A model generated the notes under the pieces. It did no database searches. It had not been told where the DNA came from and saw only the letters and a list, made by a program, of their open reading frames with translations. 64,000 nucleotides of DNA, from NCBI RefSeq assembly GCF_009914755.1, contig NC_060946.1; one strand, written 5' to 3'. The stretch comes from the human T2T-CHM13v2.0 reference genome, Homo sapiens. A program made the position numbers and the translations under genes. Of the stretch, positions 29,968-46,189 are shown in pieces (position 1 is the stretch's first letter; every line of letters starts with the position of its first letter).

Positions 29968-31569
29968 ATGAAGATGAGACGCTACAAGCTCTTTCTCATG
30001 TTCTGTATGGCCGGCCTGTGCCTCATCTCCTTCCTGCACTTCTTCAAGACCCTGTCCTATGTCACCTTCCCCCGAGAACTGGCCTCCCTCAGCCCTAACC
30101 TGGTGTCCAGCTTTTTCTGGAACAATGCCCCGGTCACGCCCCAGGCCAGCCCCGAGCCAGGAGGCCCTGACCTGCTGCGTACCCCACTCTACTCCCACTC
30201 GCCCCTGCTGCAGCCGCTGCCGCCCAGCAAGGCGGCCGAGGAGCTCCACCGGGTGGACTTGGTGCTGCCCGAGGACACCACCGAGTATTTCGTGCGCACC
30301 AAGGCCGGCGGCGTCTGCTTCAAACCCGGCACCAAGATGCTGGAGAGGCCGCCCCCGGGACGGCCGGAGGAGAAGCCTGAGGGGGCCAACGGCTCCTCGG
30401 CCCGGCGGCCACCCCGGTACCTCCTGAGCGCCCGGGAGCGCACGGGGGGCCGAGGCGCCCGGCGCAAGTGGGTGGAGTGCGTGTGCCTGCCCGGCTGGCA
30501 CGGACCCAGCTGCGGCGTGCCCACTGTGGTGCAGTACTCCAACCTGCCCACCAAGGAGCGGCTGGTGCCCAGGGAGGTGCCGCGCCGCGTCATCAACGCC
30601 ATCAACGTCAACCACGAGTTCGACCTGCTGGACGTGCGCTTCCACGAGCTGGGCGACGTGGTGGACGCCTTTGTGGTGTGCGAGTCCAACTTCACGGCTT
30701 ATGGGGAGCCGCGGCCGCTCAAGTTCCGGGAGATGCTGACCAATGGCACCTTCGAGTACATCCGCCACAAGGTGCTCTATGTCTTCCTGGACCACTTCCC
30801 GCCCGGCGGCCGGCAGGACGGCTGGATCGCCGACGACTACCTGCGCACCTTCCTCACCCAGGACGGCGTCTCGCGGCTGCGCAACCTGCGGCCCGACGAC
30901 GTCTTCATCATTGACGATGCGGACGAGATCCCGGCCCGTGACGGCGTCCTTTTCCTCAAGCTCTACGATGGCTGGACCGAGCCCTTCGCCTTCCACATGC
31001 GCAAGTCGCTCTACGGCTTCTTCTGGAAGCAGCCGGGCACCCTGGAGGTGGTGTCAGGCTGCACGGTGGACATGCTGCAGGCAGTGTATGGGCTGGACGG
31101 CATCCGCCTGCGCCGCCGCCAGTACTACACCATGCCCAACTTCAGACAGTATGAGAACCGCACCGGCCACATCCTGGTGCAGTGGTCGCTGGGCAGCCCC
31201 CTGCACTTCGCCGGCTGGCACTGCTCCTGGTGCTTCACGCCCGAGGGCATCTACTTCAAGCTCGTGTCCGCCCAGAATGGCGACTTCCCACGCTGGGGTG
31301 ACTACGAGGACAAGCGGGACCTGAACTACATCCGCGGCCTGATCCGCACCGGGGGCTGGTTCGACGGCACGCAGCAGGAGTACCCGCCTGCAGACCCCAG
31401 CGAGCACATGTATGCGCCCAAGTACCTGCTGAAGAACTACGACCGGTTCCACTACCTGCTGGACAACCCCTACCAGGAGCCCAGGAGCACGGCGGCGGGC
31501 GGGTGGCGCCACAGGGGTCCCGAGGGAAGGCCGCCCGCCCGGGGCAAACTGGACGAGGCGGAAGTCTAG
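29968..31569 (+). CDS. MGAT3: Beta-1,4-mannosyl-glycoprotein 4-beta-N-acetylglucosaminyltransferase (GnT-III, bisecting GlcNAc, GT17), 533 aa, whole CDS in one exon
   Basis: Long ORF with strong GC3 bias. Type II Golgi anchor (MKMRRYKLFLMFCMAGLCLISFLHFF), Pro-rich stem and DxD motif (IDDADEIP). The acceptor tctctctcccgcag|G lies immediately before the ATG. Confidence 0.98.
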   Translation: MKMRRYKLFLMFCMAGLCLISFLHFFKTLSYVTFPRELASLSPNLVSSFFWNNAPVTPQASPEPGGPDLLRTPLYSHSPLLQPLPPSKAAEELHRVDLVLPEDTTEYFVRTKAGGVCFKPGTKMLERPPPGRPEEKPEGANGSSARRPPRYLLSARERTGGRGARRKWVECVCLPGWHGPSCGVPTVVQYSNLPTKERLVPREVPRRVINAINVNHEFDLLDVRFHELGDVVDAFVVCESNFTAYGEPRPLKFREMLTNGTFEYIRHKVLYVFLDHFPPGGRQDGWIADDYLRTFLTQDGVSRLRNLRPDDVFIIDDADEIPARDGVLFLKLYDGWTEPFAFHMRKSLYGFFWKQPGTLEVVSGCTVDMLQAVYGLDGIRLRRRQYYTMPNFRQYENRTGHILVQWSLGSPLHFAGWHCSWCFTPEGIYFKLVSAQNGDFPRWGDYEDKRDLNYIRGLIRTGGWFDGTQQEYPPADPSEHMYAPKYLLKNYDRFHYLLDNPYQEPRSTAAGGWRHRGPEGRPPARGKLDEAEV

Positions 31570-32659
31570 AGCTGCATGATCTGATAGGGTTTGTGACAGG
31601 GCGGGGGTGGCGGCGGCCCCTAGCGCTATCTCCCTGCCTCCTGCCGGCTCCTTGGTTCTTGAGGGGACCAGGAGTGGGTGGGGAGTGGGGGTGGGGGTAG
31701 GGTTTCCCTACTGAAGCCCTTGTGAATCAAGGGTCAGGCCTTTGAGCTCAGAAAATATCCCTCCTGTTGGGAGAGGGCGCAGGCCGTGACGTCTGGGTGG
31801 CCCTTATGACTGCCAAGACTGCTGTGGCCAGGAGGTGCCACTGGAGTGTGCGTGGTGGTCCCTGGGTAGCGGGGGAGGGTAGGCAGGATTGGGGAAGAGA
31901 GCCTGCAGGATCTCACCAGGCAGCCTCTGGGGGGTGGCCAGGCCGGGAAAAAGCCCACCATTTGGCATCCCTGGGCCTTGGGCTCCGTGTGGGAGACCGG
32001 CCTGCCAGGAGGACCCAGGGCTCTGTAAGTAGATGCATTTGGGTCCAGGAGGAAGCGTGGACACCTCGTAGGGAAGAGATGAAAAAGCCACATCCTACCA
32101 AGAGGAGGTGCTGAGGGATGCTTTGCAGTGTAGTCAGAAGTGCTGGGCCAGATGGAGACAGAACTCCACCCCCTGCCGCAAAGGACAGGACCTGGCTGCC
32201 CTGGGATGCTGGTGCCTGAGTCTGTCTCTGTGCACCCCTCAGGCTGTCGTGAGCCAACACAGGGGCCTGGAGAACCCTGAGGAGCTTTCCTTTTGGTTCT
32301 AAACCCGGCGTTGACGTTCCTTCTCCCTTTCACATTGCTGTCTTGTGGACTGTGCACTCAGTCCTTGCAAGGCCAAGAGTCCAGTTGTAGGTGTGGCCTT
32401 GAGGGGGAAGTGGGGAGGAGAAGACTGACATGAGTCCTCTGCACGGATCCGTCTCTCCCTCCCCATCACCCCTTCCTTCTGACACCCAGTCCCAGCTGTC
32501 CACTGTCCCAGGTGCAGTCACTGTTGTGCCCTTCCTTGGGGCAGGCTGGCTGGGGGCCAGAAAGGGGCCATGAGGCTGTCTTGGGCCCAAAAAGGGACAA
32601 TAAGGCCAGTTGTATGCTTCCTGTTCCTCATAGCTTGCCTTGGTGGGGATGTCTTTGTT

Positions 32660-33030
32660 GGAGTTGATTCTGAGCTGCTGTGATTAGGAGACCCTGAAAT
32701 ACAGTGGTTTAAGCAAGATGGAAGCTTGTTTCTAATTAGTCTAGATTGAGATGGCCCAGAGCTGGTAGGGCAGCTCTGCGTTTCTTCATACGCACCTTCC
32801 AATTCTGGGTACACAGCGGCTGCTCCAGCGCCCACCCTCCTGTGTGCATCCAAGCCTGGGGGAAGCAGAAATAGACAAGAGGGCACACCCACTTTTTGCT
32901 AAAGGCATGAGCCAGAATTGGCAGGCTCACCTCTGCTGGCCTCTCATTGGCTGGGACTCAGTCACATGGCCACAAGCAGCTGCTAGGGAACCTGGGAAGT
33001 GTAGTCTTCAGCGGGGCCGCCATGTGCCTG
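32660..33030. mobile_element. Ancient MaLR LTR fragment (MLT1-like) within the MGAT3 3' UTR
   Basis: Motifs CAGTGGTTTAAGCAAGATGGAAG, CTCATTGGC...AGTCACATGGCCAC and CTGGGAAGTGTAGTCTT. Confidence 0.55.
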
Positions 33031-34789
33031 GCCTCACCTTGGGAGTTATCTTATTGATGGAGGAGAAGAGAATGGATATGGGGGACCAGTAGCATCTCTG
33101 GGAGAGGGGGAGGGAGCAGCAATAACTCAGTCGTCGGATCCAGCTCTCATTGTCAGAGTTTCCGGAACAGCTTGCTCCTGTTTCCCTCACTGTGCAGCCC
33201 AGGGCTGGGGGCAGTGAGGAGCTTGCAGCTCTGTGGGAAGGGGAAACACCCCCTCCCCTCGGCCCCTCAGACGCTACCCAATGATGCCGGTTTGCAGAGT
33301 TGGCCTGTGGAATGGCTCATGTTTGTGCGTGTGTGTGTGTATATTTATGGGCATGGGTGCATGCTTGGTGTGTATTTGTACATGTCTGTATTGCTGTGTC
33401 CCTGTAAATACATGCTTGTGTATGGATGGAAGAGGCCAGGCCCAGGCCTGGCCTCTTCCTCGGGCCTGTGGCCACACCTCCTGCAGCTCCCCAAAATGAC
33501 TGAGGCAGAAAGCCCTTGGGGAGCCTAGAAAGCAAAGCTAAAGGGGATGCAGGGTCTGTCTGTCTGTCTGTCTTTCAGTCTGAGGAATGAGAATCCTGAC
33601 CTGAGGGCTGTGCAGCTGAGAGCCCACTACCTCCCCAGCCCCTCTCGGCCCCAGCCGCATCATCCCACCTGTCCCCTCCCCCCCACCTCCAGTGGGGCTT
33701 TCTCCAGATGTCTTATGGTTGGGGGTTTCCTGATGGGCCAGGAGAGGAGGGCATCTTCTTGCGACAGCACTGTCTGGGTTAAGTGCCCAGTGAGGGCATG
33801 GTGTGGGGAGCTGGCCTCAGAGGAGCCGCTGGTGGGCAAGCGTGAAGTGGGCTGAGGGGCTCTGAGCCACTTTGCTCCCATCTAGGGGACTGCCCCCCAT
33901 GGAACTCCTTTGAAGTCACAGCAGCCTTCCTTTCTGTTTGCTCTTGGGGCTGAGAGGTGGCTCAAACACTCGGGGTCCCTATGGCTCTGGGTCAATCTAG
34001 GCCAGGCTGCACCCCATGGACAGGGAGTCTCAGGGCTCCTGATCATGCCCAGGCCCTGGCCTGGGGCCTCCCTCCTTGGCAGCTTTCCCACCCCCACGCC
34101 CCTGGCATCCTCAGTTGCTATGGGATGCCCCTCCAGGGCACCAGCTCAGGGCTAAGCGAAGGAAGATAGGAGCAGCTCAGAGCTGCCAGGCTCTGCCTTC
34201 CTCACAGACCTGGTGGGGCAGGTCCTGTTCACAGCAGCAGGAGTGAAGGCCTGGCCATCGGTGGAGAGGGCAGCTGTCAGAGGGCTGGGGGCCAGGGCAC
34301 AGGATTGAAGAGTTTCACATATCATCACAGCATACACTGGGAATTTGGTGGGGGCAGAAGAACCCAGGGCCACTCCCTCAATATGAAGGGAAACCAAGCT
34401 GAATGTGACCACCGGCACACTGCTGCCATGTCCCATGTCCACCTTTCTCCCCGGGAATAACTGGCCCTGAGACCCCTAGACCCAAGGAGGCCTGTCCATG
34501 CCAAGCATCCGGGAAGCATGGCTGGCCTTATCCACCCATGGGTCACGTCGGTTCCCAGGGGCAGCATGGGAGATCTTTGGGGGCAACAGGGAGAGTCTGG
34601 GTGGGGAGACGGGACTTGTCCAAGCAGAAGGCAGGACCCTGGGAAATGCATAATGTAAGGACATCAATAATAGTATTATTTTTTTTGTAAGGGAAAATCA
34701 ATATGTACATTCTGAAATCATTTTCTCTGTAAATGGTTGGATTTCATTTCACCCTTAAAGGGATGCTTAAAGGAGAAGATAATATTAAT

Positions 34790-34795
34790 AATAAA
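34790..34795 (+). terminator. MGAT3 polyadenylation signal AATAAA
   Basis: AATAAA with several upstream TGTA motifs, followed ~20 nt later by TTGTGTGCATGTGTGG. Confidence 0.8.
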
Positions 34796-35491
34796 AACAG
34801 CTACAAAGTCTGAATTGTGTGCATGTGTGGCCGGTTTGTGGGTGCTCTGGGGCAGGGAGGGGTGGGAACAGGTGGCTCTGGTCTTGCTAAAGACACCCTT
34901 ACTTCTGGATCCATGGGGTGCAAGAACTTCCCAAGGACTGGATGGCCAGTGGGGAGAGGGGGCTGCAGGGAGCACCTTCACTTAGGGATGACGTGTCCCC
35001 CAGCCGCAGGTGGAAGCAGCTGGGAAGTGGAGGATGCTGGGCTGAGGTCTGGTGGAAGGAAGCAGAAGTGAACCAGGCTCCTAGGACCAGGGGCACCCAC
35101 CCTCCTGCAGGTGGGCAGGGACCCTTTTGGGGATCTGGATGAAGGCTTTGGTGCCTCTGCAGAGAGGGGGTGGTTCTACAATTCTGCTCTGGGGCATCAA
35201 AATAAGTGCTCCTGCCTCAGTAGTTTTTCCTGTCAGGTTCTAAATGCCTCATCCAAGGTCACAGCCTTGTAGATTCTGGACCTGGACTCTCAGCACCGGA
35301 CTCTCTGGACTCCCAGGAGCAGGTATCTCCCTCCCATGTAGCCAACCTTGAACTTGTGCTTGGACAGCACCTGGAGCCTTGGGATGTCGGGGCTTCCAAG
35401 GAGCTTCCTCTGGGCCGGGTGGGCACTGGAGTTGTCCTGGGGGTCCCCTGTGTGTGTCCTAAAGACAGTCTCAGGCGGTGGGAACAGACAC

Positions 35492-35802
35492 TTTTTTTTT
35501 TTTTTGAGACAGAGTCTCACTCTGTTGCCCAGGCTAGAGCGCAGTGGCGCGATCTCAGCTCCTGCAATCTCCACCTCCTGGGTTCAAGCGATTCTCCTGT
35601 CTCCAAGCGATTCTCCTGTGTCAGCCTCCTGAGTAGCTGGGATTACAGGCATGTGCCACCAGGCCTGGCTAATTTCTCTATGTTTAGTAGAGACAGGGTT
35701 TCACCATGTTGGTCAGGCTGGTCTCGAACTCCTGACCTCGTGATCCGCCCACCTCAGCCTCCCAGAGTGCTGGGATTACAGGCGTGAGCCACCGCGCCCG
35801 GC
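35492..35802 (-). mobile_element. Alu (S-like) with a ~19-bp internal duplication
   Basis: Reverse-complement Alu; CAAGCGATTCTCCTGT occurs twice. Confidence 0.9.
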
Positions 35803-36199
35803 TGAACAGACACCTTTTGAGCTCTGCCATGGTCCCCTGTTGGGTGGCTGTGCAACCTCCATGTTAGATGGAGAGACGGAGGCCCAGAGATGGAAGGAGG
35901 TGTGACCACAGTCCTGGTGGCCAAAGCAAGGGCTCATGTTTTCTGACCACTCGCAAAGTGTCACGCATGCATCAGTCTGACACCTGCGGGCTGGGACTGC
36001 TTGGACTTCTGGCCACACTCACAAAGCCCAGAAAGGTACCTGCTGCAGGTACTTGGAGTGGGGATGGGGTGAGGGTTGAATTCCACAGGGTTGAGGAAGT
36101 GGAGAAGATGTAGACACCCTACCTAGCCAGAAGAGGGCATTATTGACCCACATGCCGTTTAAGATCAAGTTAACAACCCTCAAATCATGTCCTATGGTG

Positions 36200-36200
<1 letters not shown>

Positions 36201-36246
<46 letters not shown>
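36201..36246. repeat. (ATC)15 microsatellite
   Basis: Perfect trinucleotide run. Confidence 0.97.
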
Positions 36247-37883
36247 GTATTTACAGACATTATTGATTAAGTGCCTATTTTGTGCCAAACTCTGAGCTAA
36301 AAGACATCCCTCCCCATTATACCCATTTTCCACGTCTGTAAAAGGACCCCACAGCACCTGTGAAGTCTGCTGCTAAAAATGAACCACCTGGATCGAATCC
36401 CAAGGAAACAGTACACAAACCGGAACTGAGAGACAATCTGCAACAGACTAGCTTCTCTCATATGAATGCATTTCTTGCAATTCTGTTTATCTGAAGTGTT
36501 TGCAGAAAAGCCCAACCCCGCATCAGTTTCACCAACCACTTTCCAAATTCCTATCCTGGAATTTGGATGGCCAAGAGCTTCTAGAGGCAAAACATCAACA
36601 GTGACTCAAATGTTTGTCATGGTGGCCTCCACATGTAGCCTGGTTTTCCCACTCATCCCAGCTGACCAACGTGTGTGAGCCCAGCTGAGACCAGAAAAAC
36701 TGCCTAGTCAAGTCCAGCCTAAATACTGATCCAGTCTCATGAGCCCAATTGCTGCTAAGTTTCTTGGTTTCTTACACAGCTTAATTGTGGCCATAGATAA
36801 CTGGTACAGTTTGCTTTCATTTAATGACAACCTAAACTAGTGAGGCAAACTAGAAAAACCAACCCAAACCAGTGAGGCAGGCAAGGAATTTACTGGTTTA
36901 CTAATGGTAAAGTTCAGGGGTAATGTCGGCTTCGGGTACAGTCACATTGTCATCCAGCTCTCTTGTGGCTGAGCACAGCTCCACTTCCTAACTTGCATTG
37001 TCCCAAGTCTCAGACAGGTTTACCCCTCATGCCTGCAAGACGGCTGCAGCAGCTTCAGGCTTCACCATCTCAGCTTTACGCTCAGCACAACAGAAATAGA
37101 GCTCCTCTCTCTCAGAGTCCTGGGTGTGGATCTCACTGACTTGATTTAGGTCACGTGAATATCCCTGAATGCATCAGTGAGACTGGAGGGGCTTGGGATG
37201 GAATCTGCCAATTCACGTAGATCAATCAGAGCCCTGTGTCTACTGGCTGAGGAAAAGGGAAGGTGGTTCTCCAAAAGAAATCTGGGGCCCAGATGGTACC
37301 TTTGGCACAGCCTCAGCTGCCTCCAACAGGCCTTTCACCAGCCACCAGCCCTTGGTCACCTCCCTCTCCTGGGTCCTCATCTGTAACACAGGACCGTCAT
37401 AGGACAGACCTCCAGCGGTGATTGTGAGGATGCTCAGAGCTTGGAGCAGAGCCTGGAGCATGGTGAGAGCTCCATGAGCGTGAGCACTCAGCATCGTGGC
37501 CCCATTTGCACCTTCCATCTCCTTGCATGTGATGCGTGGGTCATGCCTCCTTTCCTGGGTCTGCTTCCCTTAGCCTCTGTGACTCATCTGTCTCGTGGCT
37601 CTCCTCTTCCTCCTCCCTCTATGACATTTCTTCCTGGTTGTCTTCCTGGTTCCTTTTTCCCCACGCACCCCTTCAATAAGGGGGCTCCCCAGGGCTTGGC
37701 CCTGGATCCACTCTCTACCTGCAGTTCTCAGTGCTTACCAACGTGGAGCTGGATCCATCTCTCCAGGGAGTCCTCTTTCCTAAGGACCCAGCCCATGAAG
37801 CCCGCTGCCTGCTGCACGAAGCCCCCAGGTGTCAATGTCACCTCAAATACCATGTGGCCTAAATGGAACTCGGCTTCCTATAA

Positions 37884-38209
<326 letters not shown>

Positions 38210-38382
38210 AAATTCCTTTTTTAAAAAGACACCACCAGAGGGCAGCAGGTATTCTCTGGCCCAAACTTCCTCCTCTGCAAGGCCTTGCCTACAGGGTAGG
38301 TTGCCCCCCAGTTATTGGCCCAACCTGGCCCAGACTTGGCACTGCTATTAACTGTCACATGGGACCCCCTATGGTGTAATTA

Positions 38383-39172
<790 letters not shown>

Positions 39173-39361
39173 TCATGGAATCCTCTGGGGGCGCTGCCGG
39201 CACTCACTGGAGTGTCAGCTTTTCTCCCACGGAACTGAGTGATATTCAGAGCTGGGCCCTTCCATTTTCCAGCCTGCGAAGACTAAAGGGGGGATCCCAG
39301 GATTTAGGGAGATTAAGGGCATGAATTGCTCAAAGGCATGCAGCTCCTAACCAGGATTTAG

Positions 39362-40070
<709 letters not shown>

Positions 40071-40477
40071 TTCATCTTTCTTCTTTTGCGCTTCCACTTG
40101 TATATTTGCTTCTTCCTCCACTTAGCTCTCGTGGCACAGAGGTTTCCAAGAAGATGGTGCCAAGACCGAGAGACTCTTCCAGTCTTGACCAATGAATTCT
40201 CCATGAGGGCTGACACCAGCCCATATGGGCCTTTGTACTCATTGGCAAGGGCATCCCTTCCTCCAGACATTTTACTTCCATTTACTGGAAAACTGCCATC
40301 GTGCACTGATTTCGTTAGAATGATAAACTGCCTTCTGCCAAAGAAATGTCGTAAGAAACATACAGTTCTACAAGGTCTTGATGTGAAAGGTGCCCCTTAG
40401 ATGTGGTACCTTTGTGCAGTGTGTGACATGAACAACTACGCCCAGCAGCCCTGCCTTGCCTCACATCCTAGCTCTGA

Positions 40478-40793
<316 letters not shown>

Positions 40794-41616
40794 CCACTAC
40801 ACCCCAACTTTAAAATAGTCTATGGCTCCCCATCACAGCAGTGCCAAGTCAAAATTCTGCTATAGTTTCAGGGAGCCCCTGTTATCCTATCCTACTACTT
40901 TGTCCCATCCCCTTGGACTGCAGTAGACATCTAATTCAAAGGCAGCCAATCCACCTGCAAGAGGGCGTTCGGTGAGCAAGCTTACATTCCCTTTGTCCCT
41001 TTCAACACCACCTGGCACAATGTGGGCAGTGGAGATTTTACAGGTGAATGGGGGACCGGCCCTTCTGCCTGGGGATATCAGGTTCTTGTCTGGTGAATAC
41101 AGGAATAATGACATCTGATGACAGCAAACCCCATTAAGAGGGAGGAGGCTCTCTCTTTGACAGTAATTTCCAAGTCGCTGGCTGGCTGACTTCCCAGAGC
41201 TTTCCTGATCTGGCTACAGGAACCAGGAACTCCTGATTCCTCTGTTCCTCCATCAGCCTGGAGTAACCCCTGGGAGGGGGTGGGGAGGAGGGGGTGGGCT
41301 GGACTGAGCTTTCTGCCTTATCATCCAGTAGCAATTTCCCTCTAATTCCCTCTAAGCATTTACACAGGGTCTCAATTTTATAAGGCATCCTACTGGGCAA
41401 AGCAAAGGGAACGAGACTGGTAAGACACAGGCTCCTCTGCCCTTTTGCTGGGAAGCCTGGGCTGTCCCTCCCTGCTCCCCCTGCAGCTAAGGGGCACCTG
41501 GCCTCTCTCACTGTCCCCTGTCTCCTCTGTGACATCACGCCATTGAGGGCTCCCTCTCTCTGCGTTTTTCAACTTCTCTCCCTCTTCTGGCTGCCCCCTC
41601 CCTGCATCAAGGCTAG

Positions 41617-42063
<447 letters not shown>

Positions 42064-42457
42064 TAGCCACCCCTCACCTCATGCATCAGGCCTCACATGC
42101 CCTCTCTGATTAATCTTCAACAGCCTGATAAGCTAGTCCTTTCTCACCATCTCCAATACACAGGTGGAGGGACTAAGGCTCACGAAGCCCAACGCACTTG
42201 CCCTGCACTCACCACCAACCCACCTTTCAAATGAGACAGGCTTGATCACCCTGACCCAGGTGAAATGGTCCATCCCTCCTGTCTTTCCACAAAACGTTCA
42301 TTCATTCAACAATTACACCCATTCACTACTATATGTGAGTCACTGTTCTGGGTAAGCGAGTGCTCCCCTCTCTCCCTCCAGCCATGATCACCATTAAGAG
42401 GCTGATGCCATCATCTGGATGTGAAATCAGGGGGGTTACTGTTAAACCTGCAATATC

Positions 42458-42869
<412 letters not shown>

Positions 42870-43285
42870 CTACAAAGGCACCATGGGTACGTACATGTAA
42901 GTGCTAGATACCACCTCACTGCCCACACTCCATTGCCACGGAAGCATCGGGGGCAGGGAGAGGCCTTGTCAGTCTAAGTAAAGATAAGACCCTGAAGAGC
43001 AAGTGGATCTAGAGGGGCTGATCCGAAGGGGAGACCCCTCCAAATGACCTCCCTCTGTCCCTCCCTCCGAAAAATAACATTCCATAGAACAAGAAAGTCA
43101 GGAGAGATATGAAGAGGTCATCTGGTATGCCGATGGAAATGCCACCAATTATATTTATTTGGGTCACAAAATTCTTTAAAAAGCAAATTAGGGCAGCCTG
43201 AAAGAGTGGAAAGAACACACATTTCAGAGTAAGACAGACTTGGCTTCCACTGAAAGCTTCTTTCCTTCTTAGCTCAGTGTCTTAG

Positions 43286-43625
<340 letters not shown>

Positions 43626-44649
43626 CTGCAACAGACTCTTGATTGGTCTCCCTGCCTCAGCCCTGGTTCCATTCCGTTATTCTCAAGCCAGACAGATCCC
43701 ATTGAAAGGGAAGTCAGATCCCAGCACTTCTTGGCTCTGAACCCTGCTGTGGTTCCTTTGCACCCGCCATCTCCCTCCCAGTTCTGATAAGGGCCTCCCC
43801 TCTGGCCTCTTTCCCAGCTCCTGCTCACTCAGCTGCGAAAGCACTGGCTTTCTCCCTGTGGCTCCTAGACCACGCTGAGCTTAAAGGCTTACCTGGGGGG
43901 AGGCCTGAAATGCTCTTCCCTGCAATGTTCTTCTCCTGGTTCTCGTCCTTTTATCAGATAGCCTGACTATTCTGCAATTGCCCACCCCTCTACTGGTAGA
44001 TATTACCTTTTAATCCTCACCACAGCCCCAAGGCTGGGTGAGGTTAGGAAACTTGGCAGAGGGCAGCTGTCCCTAAGTGGTGGAACTGGAACTAGGAGCC
44101 AGCGGTGGCCCCGGTGGCCCCGGACTCCAAAGCCCCAGGCCCTGGGCTTGGCAGAGCCAGGCATGGAGGGAGGCAGTTGGGGGAGGGAGCTTCCATAGAG
44201 ACACGGCCTCCGTCCTCAAATCTAGTGAGAGACAGAGAAGCAAATGGATAAATTACAGTGCCTGGCATATGGTAGGCGCCAAGAAATACGTTTTGTTGTT
44301 GAACAGATTATGAGGCGTAAGATGTGCAGACATTTCCGTGGGGCCCAAAGAAGGCACGTGAGTGTGTTAGAGGGAGGCGAGGAAGGGGCTGGGAGAGATT
44401 TCCCAGTGAAGGGGGACATTTGAGGTAGACTTTGAAGGAAGGGTAGGAGTTTGCCAGAAGCCATGGGGCCTGTGGAGTAGGAACAGCATGGAGGGATGAA
44501 AAGAAGGCGATCTGAGAAAATGGGTTTTGAGGAGCTCTGAATATTAGTGTTAGAATTCCCTCAGGTACCCCAGGGCCCCAGCCAGAGATCAGCATATACA
44601 GTACAGGAGGCTGGCCAGGTACCCCGACAGGCTAAGGGGTTGCCAGCAG

Positions 44650-45450
44650 GTGAGGGGCCTACCCGGTGCGGCAGCCTTGTTGGACAGCGAGGCTACCTCC
44701 TGCCCTCTGAACTTCTGCCAGCATCGGGACCACCCCGGTACCCACAGCCGGACCCGGACACCGGAGTCCTCTGGGGGCGGGGCGCGAGTGGCCTCTGCAG
44801 GCCAGTCCCTTGGTGAGGTCACACACGGAGGCGGGGCTCAGGATTGGGGGGCGGAATCATGCGCAGGGGGCGGGGCCCGAGAGAGAGCTTGGAGAAGACC
44901 GGAAGTCCCTCCGCCTCCACTCGCCCTCGTGCTCCCTTCAGCCCCTTCGCAGCTCCGTGCGCAAGGTCGTGTCCCGGAAGTGAAGGGGCCATGTTGATGG
45001 GTGACCCGGGGAGAGGTACCCGGCCAGAGGCGAGTCCTGCGGAGTGGTAGCGCGCACGGCCTGCGGGTGAGTGAGAGAAGGAATGAGGGCCGCCGGCGGC
45101 TGGGCGGCGGGGAGGTTGCAGCGCCTCCTCTCAGGCTGCTGCCGGCGCCTCGCATGCGGCCCGGAGTCAGGATACCAGCATGCAGCCGGGGGTCTCGCCC
45201 CATCCCGCCCTGGACTTTCCCCTGGGAGACCCCTCGGCTGCCCCGCCCCGCCCCAACCTCGGAGACCTCCAGTGCCCCGAAGCAGGCCTGCCCTGGCCTC
45301 TGGGCCTCCGCACCCCGGCCCGGCCCCCACGGTTGGTGAAGTGCAGACTGGCTGGGGCTCAGCCGCCCAGTCGCCCAGCGACCTTGTAGTTACAGCCCTC
45401 GCCGTGACAGTCGCCTTTTACAGCATCAAACACTTCTGTTGATTTTCTGC
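44650..45450 (+). promoter_or_regulatory. MIEF1 CpG-island promoter with ETS/GABP (CCGGAAGT) and Sp/KLF GC boxes
   Basis: CpG-dense; CCGGAAGT at ~44899 and ~44974; several GGGGCGGGGC-type boxes at 44775-44880; no obvious TATA box. Confidence 0.8.
44920..45066 (+). other. MIEF1: MIEF1 exon 1 (5' leader; start approximate)
   Basis: Donor CGG|GTGAGT with GT at 45067, inside the CpG island. Confidence 0.7.
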
Positions 45451-46189
45451 ATCGGGAGGTCCTTAGGGCCGAGGGATCTCTTAAACAGTTGAGGAAAAAT
45501 GGGCAGGGATGGTGGCTTGCTCAAGCTTGCGCAGGAAGTTAGCAAGGCCGGAGGCTAAGGGCTCGCGGACTTTGGGCCCAAAGTCCAATCTTTTTTTCCA
45601 GCCAAATACTTCCCCCACTTGGTGTCATTTCTTTATTTCTGAAACGGAGGTGATCATTTCTTCCACATAGGGACGTTGTGAAATTCTCTCCGTTACGCAT
45701 AATTTTGAGCCCCTTGTATGTGCCAAGCGCTGTGCTGGGAAAGTTCGTGGAGCACCCAGAAGTGCTGTACACACGGTCCGGCTCCAGCAAAGGGTAACTC
45801 ATTCCAGAGGCAGGCAGAGTTGGGGTCAGGAGTGCAGCCCTCCCCTTGACAGCTGTGGGCCCGCGGGCAAGTTACTTCCCTCTGGGAGATTGTTTCCTCC
45901 ACTTAAAATGGGGTAATGTTGACCCCTAGGGTAGCTGACAGAATGAGTTGTTATGTGAGACATGCTTCGAACATTGCACGTTGTATATAGTGCAATATAA
46001 TGCAATAAGCATTTACTGTTACTAAGAACCCTGACCACCTTCTAGATTCTTAATTTAAATGTGGTCATGGGCAACAAAGCACTTTACAGATATGCTTGTG
46101 TAAGGGTTTATTGTTACTGAAGGAAGGCAGTGGCAGTTTATACTTAAATGTAATTATTTATTGAGCATTTACAAACCTGGCTAGGTGCT

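Larger units (their letters stand above)
31570..34815 (+). other. MGAT3: MGAT3 3' UTR
   Basis: Runs from the TAG to an AT-rich segment with TGTA motifs, AATAAA and a downstream GT-rich element. Confidence 0.75.

Noticed and set aside
29911-30996. 361-aa antisense ORF and other long antisense ORFs over MGAT3
   Set aside because: Expected shadow of a CDS with extreme GC3 bias; no independent promoter, splice or domain evidence.
30743-31324. 193-aa alternative-frame ORF inside the MGAT3 CDS
   Set aside because: Ser/Thr/Ala-rich composition typical of shifted GC3-rich codons; its AUG is far from the cap, behind many other AUGs.
36690-37280. Probable ancient LTR fragments (MLT1/LTR33-like), plus many other MIR/L2 remnants across the window
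   Set aside because: Too diverged to assign family or boundaries reliably without RepeatMasker.
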